IMG/VR virus record: IMGVR_UViG_3300032164_000015
Location: 1-60,930 of that record
DNA from: a virus
Lineage: Duplodnaviria > Caudoviricetes
Direction: 5' to 3' (one strand)
DNA length: 60,930 nucleotides
Of the stretch, positions 35,428-44,526 are shown one piece after another (position 1 is the first letter of the stretch; every line of letters starts with the position of its first letter). The notes beneath the pieces were generated by a model that had not been told where the DNA came from, searched no databases, and worked only from the letters and a program-made list of their open reading frames with translations. Position numbers and translations under genes: made by a program.

Positions 35428-36035
35428 GCGTCGTTGCCTTCAAGCCGACCGCGAAGGACTTGTTCACGCGGTTCGAGGTGTTGTTCTGGAGCTTGTTCCT
35501 CGGCATTCCCACCGCCCTTGGTGTCGGTGCGCACCTGACGCCGCAAGATCCACCTGTGCCCTTCGTGGGCTGGGCGATTCTCTGGGCGGCTATCGGCGGC
35601 ATGTGGGGTGTCGCTGTTCTGTTCTTCATTCGCAGGTGGAAGCAGCTCAACCTGTACCGTTTTCGCATCGACCCGGTCGGACTGATGGTGGGCTGGAAAG
35701 AGGACAAGCACTGCGTGTCGGGTGAGATGGTCGAGCGCGAGCTGACCGCAGTCCTCGCGCGGCTGACTCCGACGTACCCCGAAGCCGCGAAGGCCCTCCG
35801 TGGCTGCGTCGTGGTGATGACCGAGCCCACGTTCATGTGCTGGCCGGGTCCGGGCTTCGTCGCGCGCAAGGTCGCGGGCGTGCAGGATGGTCAACTGATG
35901 TTCGTGGGTTGGCACGAAGATCTGAAGTCAAGTGCGTTGCAGCATGAGCTGGCGCATCGCGTGCTTCAGGTGTACGCGGGAGATCCAGTAGAGTCGGTCG
36001 CTCACGAGATGATGACGAAACTGGGTATCAGCTAG
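35424..36035 (+). CDS. Two-TM membrane protein with C-terminal HExxH motif
   Basis: Two hydrophobic helices then RRWK; ALQHELAH. Confidence 0.65.
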   Translation: MSVVAFKPTAKDLFTRFEVLFWSLFLGIPTALGVGAHLTPQDPPVPFVGWAILWAAIGGMWGVAVLFFIRRWKQLNLYRFRIDPVGLMVGWKEDKHCVSGEMVERELTAVLARLTPTYPEAAKALRGCVVVMTEPTFMCWPGPGFVARKVAGVQDGQLMFVGWHEDLKSSALQHELAHRVLQVYAGDPVESVAHEMMTKLGIS

Positions 36036-36045
36036 GAGACGGACG

Positions 36046-36327
36046 ATGGCGAAGAAGACGCGGAAGAGTTCAAAGCCAACCTCCAAGCCCAGCAGCGCCG
36101 CGATGGCTGCTGCTGAAGCGATGCTGGCCCCGCTGCGCGACCTGTTGGTCACTTCGGTCAAGCAGAACGAGCTGAACGCTCAGATGCTCACGGACTTGAA
36201 CGACCGCGTCGAGAAGCTGGCGGGGCAGCTCGACCAACTTCAGAAGATCGCCCCCGCCGATTCCAAGCTCCTCACCGAACCCGCCCCTGTCCCCGTTTCA
36301 TCCCTGCTCACCGAGTCCCCTCAATGA
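36046..36327 (+). CDS. Coiled-coil hypothetical protein
   Basis: 93 aa, AGGAG RBS. Confidence 0.6.
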   Translation: MAKKTRKSSKPTSKPSSAAMAAAEAMLAPLRDLLVTSVKQNELNAQMLTDLNDRVEKLAGQLDQLQKIAPADSKLLTEPAPVPVSSLLTESPQ

Positions 36328-36773
36328 CCGAAGAAGCTGCGCAGCCAACGTACGACAAGAAGAAGCTGTGGAAGCTACTCCTGCTCGTAGTGCCTGCGCT
36401 CATCTCCGGCGCGTCGAGCTATTTGAAGTCTCGGGCGGAAGCGACTGACCAAGCGAAGGCGACCTTCGAGCACATGGAGGCGGACATCGACGCCCTCCAA
36501 GAGGCCGTGTCCAAAGTCGTCGAAGTGAACTACGTGCAGTCAGCGGAAATCGTTGTGCTGAAAGAACAGCTCGAATCAGCGAACAAGCGCGCTGAAGCCG
36601 TGCATCACTGGGCTGCGCTTCCCGCACCGGCTGTTGCAAAGCCACCGCCCTCGGGCGTGAACATGGACTCTGCCGACATGGACGGCGTCCCGGACGGACC
36701 GAAGGCGGCCATTCGTCGCAACAAGCCGCAGAGCTTCGATGCCGTCTTGCAGAACTACAAGTCGAAGAAGTGA
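36324..36773 (+). CDS. N-terminal TM plus coiled-coil protein (i-spanin-like topology)
   Basis: KKKLWKLLLLVVPALISGA then heptad helix and Pro-rich segment. Confidence 0.5.
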   Translation: MTEEAAQPTYDKKKLWKLLLLVVPALISGASSYLKSRAEATDQAKATFEHMEADIDALQEAVSKVVEVNYVQSAEIVVLKEQLESANKRAEAVHHWAALPAPAVAKPPPSGVNMDSADMDGVPDGPKAAIRRNKPQSFDAVLQNYKSKK

Positions 36774-36783
36774 GGGGGTTCAC

Positions 36784-37320
36784 ATGAAGCGCGCAATCTC
36801 TCTGGTCCTCGTGGTCGCTTTGTCCGGCGGCTGCGCGACGGTTCCTGCCCTCGCGCCGACGGTCGCCATCAACGTCGAAAAGCGGGTCGAAAGCCGACCC
36901 CTGCCGCCCGACCCCTCCACCGAGGCCCTGCCGCCCGGTACGCCTGCGGATGACTGGGTCCTGCCCTTGGAGGCGGGTTCATGCCTCGACAAGGCAGGAA
37001 AGGCCGTTCCCGGCGCTGTGGGGCCGTGTCCCAGCCTCAGCGGCATCTCCCTGAGCGAGTCTCGCGCCGCCCGAGCCAAGCTCTTCCAGATTCGCTACCC
37101 CGAACTGCGCCGCTTGTACGAGGCGGACCGTATGGTCTGGTCCGCGCACCGGGAGCTGTACGAAGAGCGCCTTCAGCAGGCCGACCAGAAGATTCGGGAC
37201 ATGCAGCCCAACTGGTTCGAGCGGCACGCGGTTCAACTTGGTGTGGTTGGAGGGTTCGTTCTCGGGGCCGCCCTGACGGTGAGCCTGACGTACGCGATTC
37301 ACCAAACCACCAAGCCGTAG
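36784..37320 (+). CDS. Lipoprotein with C-terminal TM helix (unimolecular-spanin-like)
   Basis: MKRAISLVLVVALSGG-C lipobox; C-terminal LGVVGGFVLGAALTVSLTYAI. Confidence 0.65.
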   Translation: MKRAISLVLVVALSGGCATVPALAPTVAINVEKRVESRPLPPDPSTEALPPGTPADDWVLPLEAGSCLDKAGKAVPGAVGPCPSLSGISLSESRAARAKLFQIRYPELRRLYEADRMVWSAHRELYEERLQQADQKIRDMQPNWFERHAVQLGVVGGFVLGAALTVSLTYAIHQTTKP

Positions 37321-37354
37321 GGTTGGATCTCTTTCGCTGGTTCTGGAGCTGGGT

Positions 37355-37672
37355 ATGTCCGCTTGTCTTCTCTGTGGCGCAGCCACGCAGTCTCTCACCG
37401 CCAATCGCCTGTGCCACCTGTGCGAGGTTCGCTGGCAAGACTCGCTGGAGTTCAAGCGCGCGGCCTACTTCGCGAAGCTGAAGCGAGAAGGTCCAGCAGC
37501 CGTCGCGTTCGCGGACTTTGTTTTCGGCAAGCAGAAGGAGCGGCAGGCGGACGAGGCAGAAGCGAAGAGCCCGGAGCGCAAGGCGGAGAAGGAAGCCGCT
37601 GAAGCGAAATGGGAGGCTGAGAAAAAGAACGGCGTGCTCGCACCGAAACCGTCGAAGCCCAACGGTGTCTAG
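37355..37672 (+). CDS. Hypothetical Zn-finger protein
   Basis: CLLC...CHLC; GGAG RBS. Confidence 0.55.
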   Translation: MSACLLCGAATQSLTANRLCHLCEVRWQDSLEFKRAAYFAKLKREGPAAVAFADFVFGKQKERQADEAEAKSPERKAEKEAAEAKWEAEKKNGVLAPKPSKPNGV

Positions 37673-37959
37673 GTCGGCTCCGCTTCCAGCTCGACGCTGA
37701 GCTTCTCCGACGCCAGCTTCCGGGCCTTGTCCAGAATGCGCGCCTGAGCGGGCTCGTCCTCGACCAGCTTCGTGACGTTGAGCATGACCATGTAGACCGC
37801 AAGGATGGCCGTCAGCTCCAGCTCGTCGTGCTCTGCGGGCGTCAGCAACTCCCCGCGCTGGCGCTGTGAGATTTCCAACCCCTTCGCGACGTTCACCCCA
37901 ACGAGGTCGCGATGGTACTTCGCGGCTGCGCGCTTCCGTTCGATGTACTTCGGTTGCAC
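37669..37959 (-). CDS. Hypothetical protein
   Basis: GTG 37959 with GGAGG RBS. Confidence 0.5.
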   Translation of the reverse strand: MQPKYIERKRAAAKYHRDLVGVNVAKGLEISQRQRGELLTPAEHDELELTAILAVYMVMLNVTKLVEDEPAQARILDKARKLASEKLSVELEAEPT

Positions 37960-37975
37960 GAGAACCCTCCGAACG

Positions 37976-38200
37976 TCACTTAAGTCGGGTGAGCCCGACG
38001 AAGACGAGTCCCAAGCGAACTGACATCGTACCGTGCGAGAACAGATGCGTGACCTGCTCGACGCGATAGACGCCGAGCGGCAGTTGGTTCGCGTTGGTGG
38101 GCGGGTGACTCCAGTCGATGTACTCGCCTTGTCGAGGAAGCACCGAGTCTCGCAGGTCAAACGTGGTCTCGTTTTCAGCCGTTTCGAACGTGATGTTCAT
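37976..38200 (-). CDS. Hypothetical protein
   Basis: 74 aa, AAGGAG RBS. Confidence 0.55.
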   Translation of the reverse strand: MNITFETAENETTFDLRDSVLPRQGEYIDWSHPPTNANQLPLGVYRVEQVTHLFSHGTMSVRLGLVFVGLTRLK

Positions 38201-38406
38201 TTGTTGTCTCCTTCAAAGTAGTACCGGGTCGCGGCGATCCGACGCCTTCGCGTTTGCTGCGTTGCCGTGTCGATCGCCTTCCGAAGGTTGGCAATTTGTC
38301 GCCGCACGGCAGTCAGATGTGCAGGCACCGCCTCTTGGTTCGAGGCGGCATCCTCCAACAGGTCGAGGATCTTCCTCGCTGAAATCGGAGACAGCTCCAC
38401 GTTCAT
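38197..38406 (-). CDS. Hypothetical protein
   Basis: MNVELS start, ATGA overlap. Confidence 0.5.
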   Translation of the reverse strand: MNVELSPISARKILDLLEDAASNQEAVPAHLTAVRRQIANLRKAIDTATQQTRRRRIAATRYYFEGDNK

Positions 38407-39077
38407 GGCGCGCCTCCGATGCGGCGAACCACAGGTCCACCGTCGAACACGAGCTTCATGTCGTCGGGTAGGGTCTGTAGACCGCCCTTCTTGATGTCCG
38501 TCGCGCAGCCGACCCACAGCTCTTCGAGTACCTCCAGCGGAAGGCGGCTGTTCCGCCTCTCTTGGTGCAGCTCGGCATCCCAGACCTTCCGCGACATCCG
38601 CAACTCAGGCAGCAACTTGCCGTCCAGCCGCAGTTCCTTCCGCCCGCCGAAGCTGCTCTCCAGCGTGCGCAGCCAGACGCGAACCAGATCCGCTCGCACG
38701 CACTCCGCGTACTCAATGCTCGTACCGTAGGCGGAGTCCTCACCGCCCGCGACGAAGCACGCTTTCTCGAAAGGCTCGCGCGAACAGCTCAGCTCCAGCG
38801 CCTTCAGCAGCGCGCTCTGCTCCTCAGCGCGAGGCGTGCCGACCTCTGGCTTGAAGTGGACCTGCTTGTTCGAGCTGAAGCACTTGCCCGCGTGTCCCGG
38901 CAAGAGCGAGCACGAGTACGCGGTCACCGGCAAGAACCCTCCGCAGTACACACGCACGTCGAAGTAGCCGTCCGTGTGAGCGACCAGTCGCGTGCCCTCG
39001 CGTGCGCGCGCGAGGAGGAACAGCCGCAAGTCGTGGGCGAGCTTCTGTTCCTCAGGCGTACGGTCGTTGTCGTTCAT
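38403..39077 (-). CDS. Hypothetical protein
   Basis: 224 aa, CSLLPGHAGKC motif. Confidence 0.55.
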   Translation of the reverse strand: MNDNDRTPEEQKLAHDLRLFLLARAREGTRLVAHTDGYFDVRVYCGGFLPVTAYSCSLLPGHAGKCFSSNKQVHFKPEVGTPRAEEQSALLKALELSCSREPFEKACFVAGGEDSAYGTSIEYAECVRADLVRVWLRTLESSFGGRKELRLDGKLLPELRMSRKVWDAELHQERRNSRLPLEVLEELWVGCATDIKKGGLQTLPDDMKLVFDGGPVVRRIGGAP

Positions 39078-39916
39078 GCGGTCTTCTTCGCCTTCTTGGC
39101 GGGCTTGGCTTCGGACTTCGCCTCAGGCTTAGCCGCGACCTTCGCGTCGAGGCTCGCCTTCAGGGCGGCCATCAAGTCGAGGACCGGGACCATCGCCTTC
39201 GTCGGCACCGCAATGGTGATGGGCTCACCCTTCACCTTCTGCTCGATGATGCTGCGCAGCTTCTCTTGGTGCTCATCCTTGTACTTGCCGGGCTCGAAGG
39301 CCGAGACCGCCTGCGCTTCGACGAGCTGCGTCGCCAATGCGACCTCAGCGGGAGTCACCTCGGTCTCGCCCAGCGGTACCTCAGCAGGGCTCCGCACTTC
39401 GTCGGCGTAGCGGAGCTGCTGCAAGGCCAGCCCGTCCCAGCCCGCGAGGGTCCGCACGACGGCGACGTGCTCGCGCCCGCGCGAGGCGTACCGGACCACC
39501 GCCGCGCGCTTGGTCTCGGACAGGGTCACCATGAGCAGCCGGAACGCCCGCTCCGCGCCCTTGTCTGGCCCGAGGAAGTAGAGGGTGTCGAGGTAGAGCG
39601 GGTCGATGCTCTCAGCCGGAACGAACTCCGCGATTTCCATCCGCTTGTCCGACTCGGGTTCGAGCGCCTTCAGCTCTTCCTCACTGAAGACGACGTACTG
39701 GTCCTTCGCGAACTCGTAGCCCTTGACGATGTTGTCCTTGGTGACGACTTCGCCGGTCTCCGGGTCGTACATCTGCTGCTTCAGGCGGGTCTTCTTCTCC
39801 GCGTGGAGCTGGTTGAAGCTGATCTTGGTGCTCGACTCGCTAGCCGAGTAGACCTTCACCGGGATGTTCACCAGACCGAAGGACAGCATGTTCGACTGCA
39901 TGGAGCGAAGGGCCAC
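39074..39916 (-). CDS. ku: Ku DNA end-binding protein
   Basis: LSFGLVNIPVKVYSA, ISFNQLH, IVKGYE, IDPLY..YFLGPD, LRYADEVR, YKDE, VLDLMAALKASL, basic tail. Confidence 0.95.
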   Translation of the reverse strand: MALRSMQSNMLSFGLVNIPVKVYSASESSTKISFNQLHAEKKTRLKQQMYDPETGEVVTKDNIVKGYEFAKDQYVVFSEEELKALEPESDKRMEIAEFVPAESIDPLYLDTLYFLGPDKGAERAFRLLMVTLSETKRAAVVRYASRGREHVAVVRTLAGWDGLALQQLRYADEVRSPAEVPLGETEVTPAEVALATQLVEAQAVSAFEPGKYKDEHQEKLRSIIEQKVKGEPITIAVPTKAMVPVLDLMAALKASLDAKVAAKPEAKSEAKPAKKAKKTA

Positions 39917-39944
39917 GGTGGTTCTCCTTGAGGGTTATGAGGGT

Positions 39945-39972
39945 GTGATGTTGCGCGCCTCGTGATTGTCAA
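39945..39972 (-). promoter_or_regulatory. Candidate ku promoter
   Basis: Perfect TTGACA, weak -10 (CATCAC at 16 bp). Confidence 0.45.
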
Positions 39973-40098
39973 CTCGACCTCAGAACCCCTTCGGCCAGAC
40001 GTTGTGCGTCGTGTGTTCCTGCATCACTGCGCGGAGCAGCTTCTGCACCTGCGCCCTTGAGACCTTCATCTCGTCAGCCGCCGCGTACATCGCGAGCA

Positions 40099-40428
40099 TC
40101 AGCGCGTCGTCACTGCACTGGTGCCGGATGAGGTGTCGGGTGAAGGCGAGGAGGAGCGGGAACGCAATCGCCGGATCATCTCCTCTCGGTCGCGATTGAA
40201 AAGCGTGGACGAGCACCCCATCCCGATTCCCATGTCCTGCGTCATCGCCTCGCGTTTGGCGGCGTCGGCGCGCAGGAAGATCCCGCACCGCCACTGAATC
40301 CCCACCAGCTCCAAGTACGGGCAACCCTTTTTCGCGTCCCATTCGACACCTTCCTCGCGCATCTGTTGTTGGCTCCAACCGCACGGAGCCTTGCGGCAGC
40401 AGTACCCCGAACCGACACACGCGCTCAT
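40099..40428 (-). CDS. Cys-rich protein (YkgJ-like CxxxGxCC)
   Basis: MSACVGSGYCCRKAPC..GCPYL..RCGI. Confidence 0.55.
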   Translation of the reverse strand: MSACVGSGYCCRKAPCGWSQQQMREEGVEWDAKKGCPYLELVGIQWRCGIFLRADAAKREAMTQDMGIGMGCSSTLFNRDREEMIRRLRSRSSSPSPDTSSGTSAVTTR

Positions 40429-40793
40429 GCGAGCGCTTCCCACGCCCGAATGAGCGCTGCCAAAACGTTCTCGTGCTGCTCGAAGAATTTCTCCGGGCGA
40501 AGCCCGTAGATGTTGAGCTTCGCCCACGTCTCAGGGACGTACTCGCCGACGATTTCAGCGGTCAACGAGAAACGTTCAACGGACGCCAGATCCAAGCCCG
40601 CGCTCGTGGGCATTAACGTGTAGTCGTACAAATCGACGCAGAACTGATCCTTGTCGTTGGTCAGACAAGGTCGCTTGGTTTCGATGCGGCGATAAAAGGT
40701 TCCAACCTTCGTGTCGTAGACGAGGGGTCGCAAGTTCGGTTGGAACTTGAAGCCGAGGCCCGTCATCTTGGTCTGCACTTCTTCAAGAGTCAT
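40425..40793 (-). CDS. Hypothetical protein
   Basis: 122 aa, overlap-coupled. Confidence 0.55.
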   Translation of the reverse strand: MTLEEVQTKMTGLGFKFQPNLRPLVYDTKVGTFYRRIETKRPCLTNDKDQFCVDLYDYTLMPTSAGLDLASVERFSLTAEIVGEYVPETWAKLNIYGLRPEKFFEQHENVLAALIRAWEALA

Positions 40794-41005
40794 AGACCTA
40801 CGCCTCGCTTGTTTCGCGCGACCAGTGAGTCCGCCTCGGCGAGCGCCTGCTTCTTGGTCTCCGGGTCGTCCGGGTAGAAGTAGAAGCGCGCGACCACCGG
40901 CCCGTCACGGTGTCCGACAACCTCATAGAACCGATCGTCTTCGTGGACCGTCCCGTCCGCGTAGTGGTGCGGATGGTTGATGTGGTACGGGCGCGCGGGG
41001 CTCAC
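40790..41005 (-). CDS. Hypothetical protein
   Basis: 71 aa, overlap-coupled. Confidence 0.5.
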   Translation of the reverse strand: MSPARPYHINHPHHYADGTVHEDDRFYEVVGHRDGPVVARFYFYPDDPETKKQALAEADSLVARNKRGVGL

Positions 41006-41355
41006 GGCATCTCCCCGAGCAGCGCGAGCGCCGCCTTCACCGCGTCCAGCTCCGACTGCGCCCGCTTCTGGCGACCTTCGAGGTGCCGCTTCAGCGCCGC
41101 GTCGGCTTCCGCTTCCGTCAGCGCCGCCACGCAGTTGCCGAGCATCCCGCCGAGCTTCGGCAGCTCGCTGGCGCGAATGCGCCGCAGACCCATCGGCGCG
41201 TCACGCTCTTCATTCGACTCCGGAGCGATGAGCATCGACTTCACGCGGCTGTACTGGAGCACCCGCCGCTTGAGGCCCGCCTTGCTGTCGATGGTGAGCG
41301 CCATCACGAGGTGGACAGTGACCTTCTCCGACTCGACCTTCTTCTTCGCAGTCAT
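41002..41355 (-). CDS. Hypothetical protein
   Basis: 117 aa, overlap-coupled. Confidence 0.55.
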   Translation of the reverse strand: MTAKKKVESEKVTVHLVMALTIDSKAGLKRRVLQYSRVKSMLIAPESNEERDAPMGLRRIRASELPKLGGMLGNCVAALTEAEADAALKRHLEGRQKRAQSELDAVKAALALLGEMP

Positions 41356-42377
41356 GGCTTCCCGTCCTTCTTGGTCGTACCTTCGATGAGCTTCTCGGCC
41401 TTCTTCGTCTCAGGGAAAGTCAGCGGGGGCGGCTTGCCGTTCACTTCGGCCAGCTTCTGGATGCCCGACTCGACGATGGTGCTGTGGACGTAGGCTTCGA
41501 CCTCGGTCTTCGCCGCGTGGACCACCTTGTCCATGTGCTCGGCGAGCTGCTTCACCATGAACGGAGCGGAGTCCGACATCTTCCGCTGCGCCGTGCTCAG
41601 CGCGTCCAGCACCGCCTTGCGCTTCTCCTTCGTGGGCGACTTGTCGTCCACCAGCGCCTTCATCTGGGCCATCGCGTCCTCCATGAACTTCATCGCGTGC
41701 CGGGCGTCCTTCTCGATGTCGTCGTGGAAGCGCTCCACCTCCATCTGCTCCGGACAGCTCTCCATCGCCTTGCCGCCGACGTACTGAAGCGTGCAGGGCA
41801 CCCCGCCGCCCATGCCGACACTCGACACCATGTGAGCCCACTGAGCCTCGGAGAGCGCGACCTCGACCAGCCCGCCGTGGACTCCCCCGAAGTGCCAGTC
41901 ACGCCCATGCGAGCGCTGGCGCGTCGAGCGGCCAATGCTCAGGGTCATGTAGTGCTGGTGCTTGAAGGGCGACCCGAAGAGCGACGTGTGCCCCGAGACG
42001 CGGCTCACCTGCACGAAGCCGTAGGACGGGTGCGTCTCAGGCTCCCACTCTCCGAGCAGTTCAGCGCGCTCGTCCATCTTCGCCTTCCGCTGGACCTCGT
42101 AGACGTGGGCCTTTTCCTGCCACTCAGGAGGCAGGTCCACGACCGTGCGCACCTTGGCGAAGTCGATCTTCTTCACGTCGGCCATCTCGTACTCGCCCCG
42201 GAAGTAGTGCCCGTGGGAGACACCGCCGTCGGCGTCGATGAAGTCGTAGTTCACCGTGGTCGTGTCCGAGGTCGTTCCGTCACCTCCGACGCGAGTGATG
42301 AGCGCAGGCCGGTCCCCCACCGCAATGACATCGCCTTCCTTGAAACGCTGGTCTCGGTCCTGCCATTTTCTAGCCAT
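41352..42377 (-). CDS. Hypothetical protein
   Basis: 341 aa; HPSYG..LFGS..EVALSEAQWA..GGGVPCTL resembles a recurrent phage hypothetical family. Confidence 0.7.
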   Translation of the reverse strand: MARKWQDRDQRFKEGDVIAVGDRPALITRVGGDGTTSDTTTVNYDFIDADGGVSHGHYFRGEYEMADVKKIDFAKVRTVVDLPPEWQEKAHVYEVQRKAKMDERAELLGEWEPETHPSYGFVQVSRVSGHTSLFGSPFKHQHYMTLSIGRSTRQRSHGRDWHFGGVHGGLVEVALSEAQWAHMVSSVGMGGGVPCTLQYVGGKAMESCPEQMEVERFHDDIEKDARHAMKFMEDAMAQMKALVDDKSPTKEKRKAVLDALSTAQRKMSDSAPFMVKQLAEHMDKVVHAAKTEVEAYVHSTIVESGIQKLAEVNGKPPPLTFPETKKAEKLIEGTTKKDGKP

Positions 42378-42382
42378 GCCCT

Positions 42383-42411
42383 GTCCTATCGGCAGGGATG
42401 GGGGTTGTCAA
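42383..42411 (-). promoter_or_regulatory. Leaderless sigma70-like promoter
   Basis: TTGACA-17bp-TAGGAC-5nt-ATG. Confidence 0.7.
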
Positions 42412-42572
42412 CGAACGGCAGGTTCGAGGAACTGGCAGTGCGCGCGGTCGTAGGTCACGAGATCATCGGAGAACTGGACGCGCAGCCGAGTTTTCCCCAC
42501 CCACGCGACGCGACCGACTCGCCACGGCCACCAGCGGTCGTACACCCGAGTGCCTATTTCGAAGCGCGTCAC
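42408..42572 (-). CDS. Small SH3-like hypothetical protein
   Basis: GTG start overlapping upstream stop; FEIGTRV..GRV..LRVQF. Confidence 0.45.
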   Translation of the reverse strand: MTRFEIGTRVYDRWWPWRVGRVAWVGKTRLRVQFSDDLVTYDRAHCQFLEPAVR

Positions 42573-43018
42573 GACTTGTCCTTGATGGGCTTGAGCCCTG
42601 CGCTGGCGAGTAGGTCCCTCGTCGTCTGCCGCACGATGGACCACTGCTCTGAGTTGGCCTTGAAGAGGGCCACAGCCGCCTCGGGAGAGACCCTGTCGTC
42701 GAAGACAGCGTGCCACGAGGGGTCGATGACCATCTGCGCCTCAGCCGGTGTGTCCTGAATCTCAAGCAGCTCGGCGCACTTCCGGATGAACTCGAAGTAC
42801 GGGTGCGGACGACGACCCTTCACCGGGTTGCCGTTCTTGTCTCGCGAAACCAGCGGGACCTCGCGCTTCGGCGGCGGAGGCTTCGGCGGTTCGTGAACGA
42901 TGTACCCGTGGCAGTCCACGCACGCCCCTGTTTCGCCGCACTCTTCGCAGCGACCGTGAGAGCCTGTGAAGTGGAAGCAGTTCGGGTACTGGACGTGGCA
43001 CTTCGAGCAGAGAAACAT
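42569..43018 (-). CDS. Hypothetical protein with Cys-rich N-terminus
   Basis: CSKC, CEEC, CVDC. Confidence 0.55.
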   Translation of the reverse strand: MFLCSKCHVQYPNCFHFTGSHGRCEECGETGACVDCHGYIVHEPPKPPPPKREVPLVSRDKNGNPVKGRRPHPYFEFIRKCAELLEIQDTPAEAQMVIDPSWHAVFDDRVSPEAAVALFKANSEQWSIVRQTTRDLLASAGLKPIKDKS

Positions 43019-43112
43019 CAGGGCCTCCGGTCCTTGCCGCGACGGATGTCGATGCGCATGGTCTTGCCCTTCCAGCCTTGGTGGTACGACTCGGCCTTGC
43101 TGAAGGAGATCT

Positions 43113-43367
43113 TCATTCGCTCTCCGTTCTGGGGTTGGTCGCCGCCTTCTTCAGCGGAGCACCGCGCGCGGTCATCTCTTCGTGGAACTTCTTGGCCAGC
43201 TCCGGGACCGCCTCGTTGCCCGGACTGCCGACTGCGAGAACGATGGTGAACGGCCAGCGCTCGGGCGCGGTGAAGCCGTTGAGCACGAACGCGGAGCCGT
43301 TGAGCTTCGCGTACGTCACGAGCTGATCCATCGTCATGTACCGAATCGTTTCCCACGGGTCGCTCAT
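43113..43367 (-). CDS. Hypothetical protein
   Basis: MSDPWE start, GGAGG RBS. Confidence 0.5.
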   Translation of the reverse strand: MSDPWETIRYMTMDQLVTYAKLNGSAFVLNGFTAPERWPFTIVLAVGSPGNEAVPELAKKFHEEMTARGAPLKKAATNPRTESE

Positions 43368-44104
43368 CACCGGTCCTCCTCCTCCTCTTCCGCTTCGTCG
43401 GTGTCGAAGTCGTAGTCGTCGTCTTCGGTCTTCTTCTTCTCGGCCTTGCGGCTCGCCTCCAGCGCGGCTGACAGCTTCTTCACCTGAAGCCACGAGAGGC
43501 GAATGGCAGCCGCCTCGGTGCGGTGCGAGAAGAAGTAGTCGAAGTACATCTTCAGCGAGAAGACGAAGTCGAACGCCTGCTCAGGCTTCATCTTGTCGAA
43601 GTCGAACTTCTTCTCCTTGAGGTACTGGACGAACTTCTTCAAGCCCTCGTCGAAGATGCGGTGGTCGTTGTCCACGCGAATCTTCCAGTCCTCTTCGAGC
43701 CAAATCCAAAGCCCGCGCTTACGCCCGTCGTCGGTGAGGAACAGCCGCACGTCGAAGAGGCTGTCCGGGTAGCGCAGCGCCAGCAAGGCATCCTTCGCTT
43801 GGTAGTGGCGATCCTTCTTCGCGGTCTTCTTCTCGCCCTTCTTCGGCTCGTGTTGAGGCTCAGGCATCACCTTCACCTGCGTCGTCACCATCACGACGCG
43901 CACCACCCCGCGTTCGAGCGAACCTGCCGACCAGCGTTGCGTGTCGATGTTCGCGTACTGGCGTGCCTGCTCAGCCGACAGGAACGTCTTGTAGACCGGC
44001 GACTCGTAGTCCGCTTCCGCCTTGGTTTCGTAGACGCGCTGCCACTTGCCGTCGCCCATCTTCTCTTCGAGCTGGTACTGAACGTCCTCGATCACGGTCT
44101 TCAC
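43367..44104 (-). CDS. Hypothetical protein with acidic tail
   Basis: GTG 44104 overlapping upstream TGA. Confidence 0.55.
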   Translation of the reverse strand: MKTVIEDVQYQLEEKMGDGKWQRVYETKAEADYESPVYKTFLSAEQARQYANIDTQRWSAGSLERGVVRVVMVTTQVKVMPEPQHEPKKGEKKTAKKDRHYQAKDALLALRYPDSLFDVRLFLTDDGRKRGLWIWLEEDWKIRVDNDHRIFDEGLKKFVQYLKEKKFDFDKMKPEQAFDFVFSLKMYFDYFFSHRTEAAAIRLSWLQVKKLSAALEASRKAEKKKTEDDDYDFDTDEAEEEEEDR

Positions 44105-44526
44105 GGCTTCACTCCAGTCCAGTCGTAGTCGAACACCCAGTTCACCGGCTTCATGTCGATCTTCACGAGGAAGTCCGTCATCATCGACGCGCCCACCTTG
44201 TTGCGGCTGTGAACCACCACCGTCCCCGGACGCGACTTCACCGGCATCTTCTTGATGTAGTAGGCCAAGTCGAGCCCATCGAGTTCCTTCCGGTTCGGGT
44301 GAACGTCGAGCCACTCGCGCAAGGTGTGGTCGCCGGGGTCGTGGACATCGAAGTCGAGGAAGAGGAAGTCGGCGCGCTTCTCGCGGAGCAGGTCGATGCC
44401 TTCCCGAATCACCTTGGTCTGTACGAGGTCGTGCGAAGGACCGAACCACGTCGCGAACCGGTCCAGCCGCGACTGCTTGTCCTCCAGCACGACGATGCGC
44501 TTCCCTACGGCTCGCAGTTCGGGCAC
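44101..44526 (-). CDS. Receiver-like domain (cyclic-phosphate-processing REC type)
   Basis: IVVLED..R, LFLDFDV, DGLDLA, VVVHSRNKVG; start uncertain. Confidence 0.65.
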   Translation of the reverse strand: MPELRAVGKRIVVLEDKQSRLDRFATWFGPSHDLVQTKVIREGIDLLREKRADFLFLDFDVHDPGDHTLREWLDVHPNRKELDGLDLAYYIKKMPVKSRPGTVVVHSRNKVGASMMTDFLVKIDMKPVNWVFDYDWTGVKP

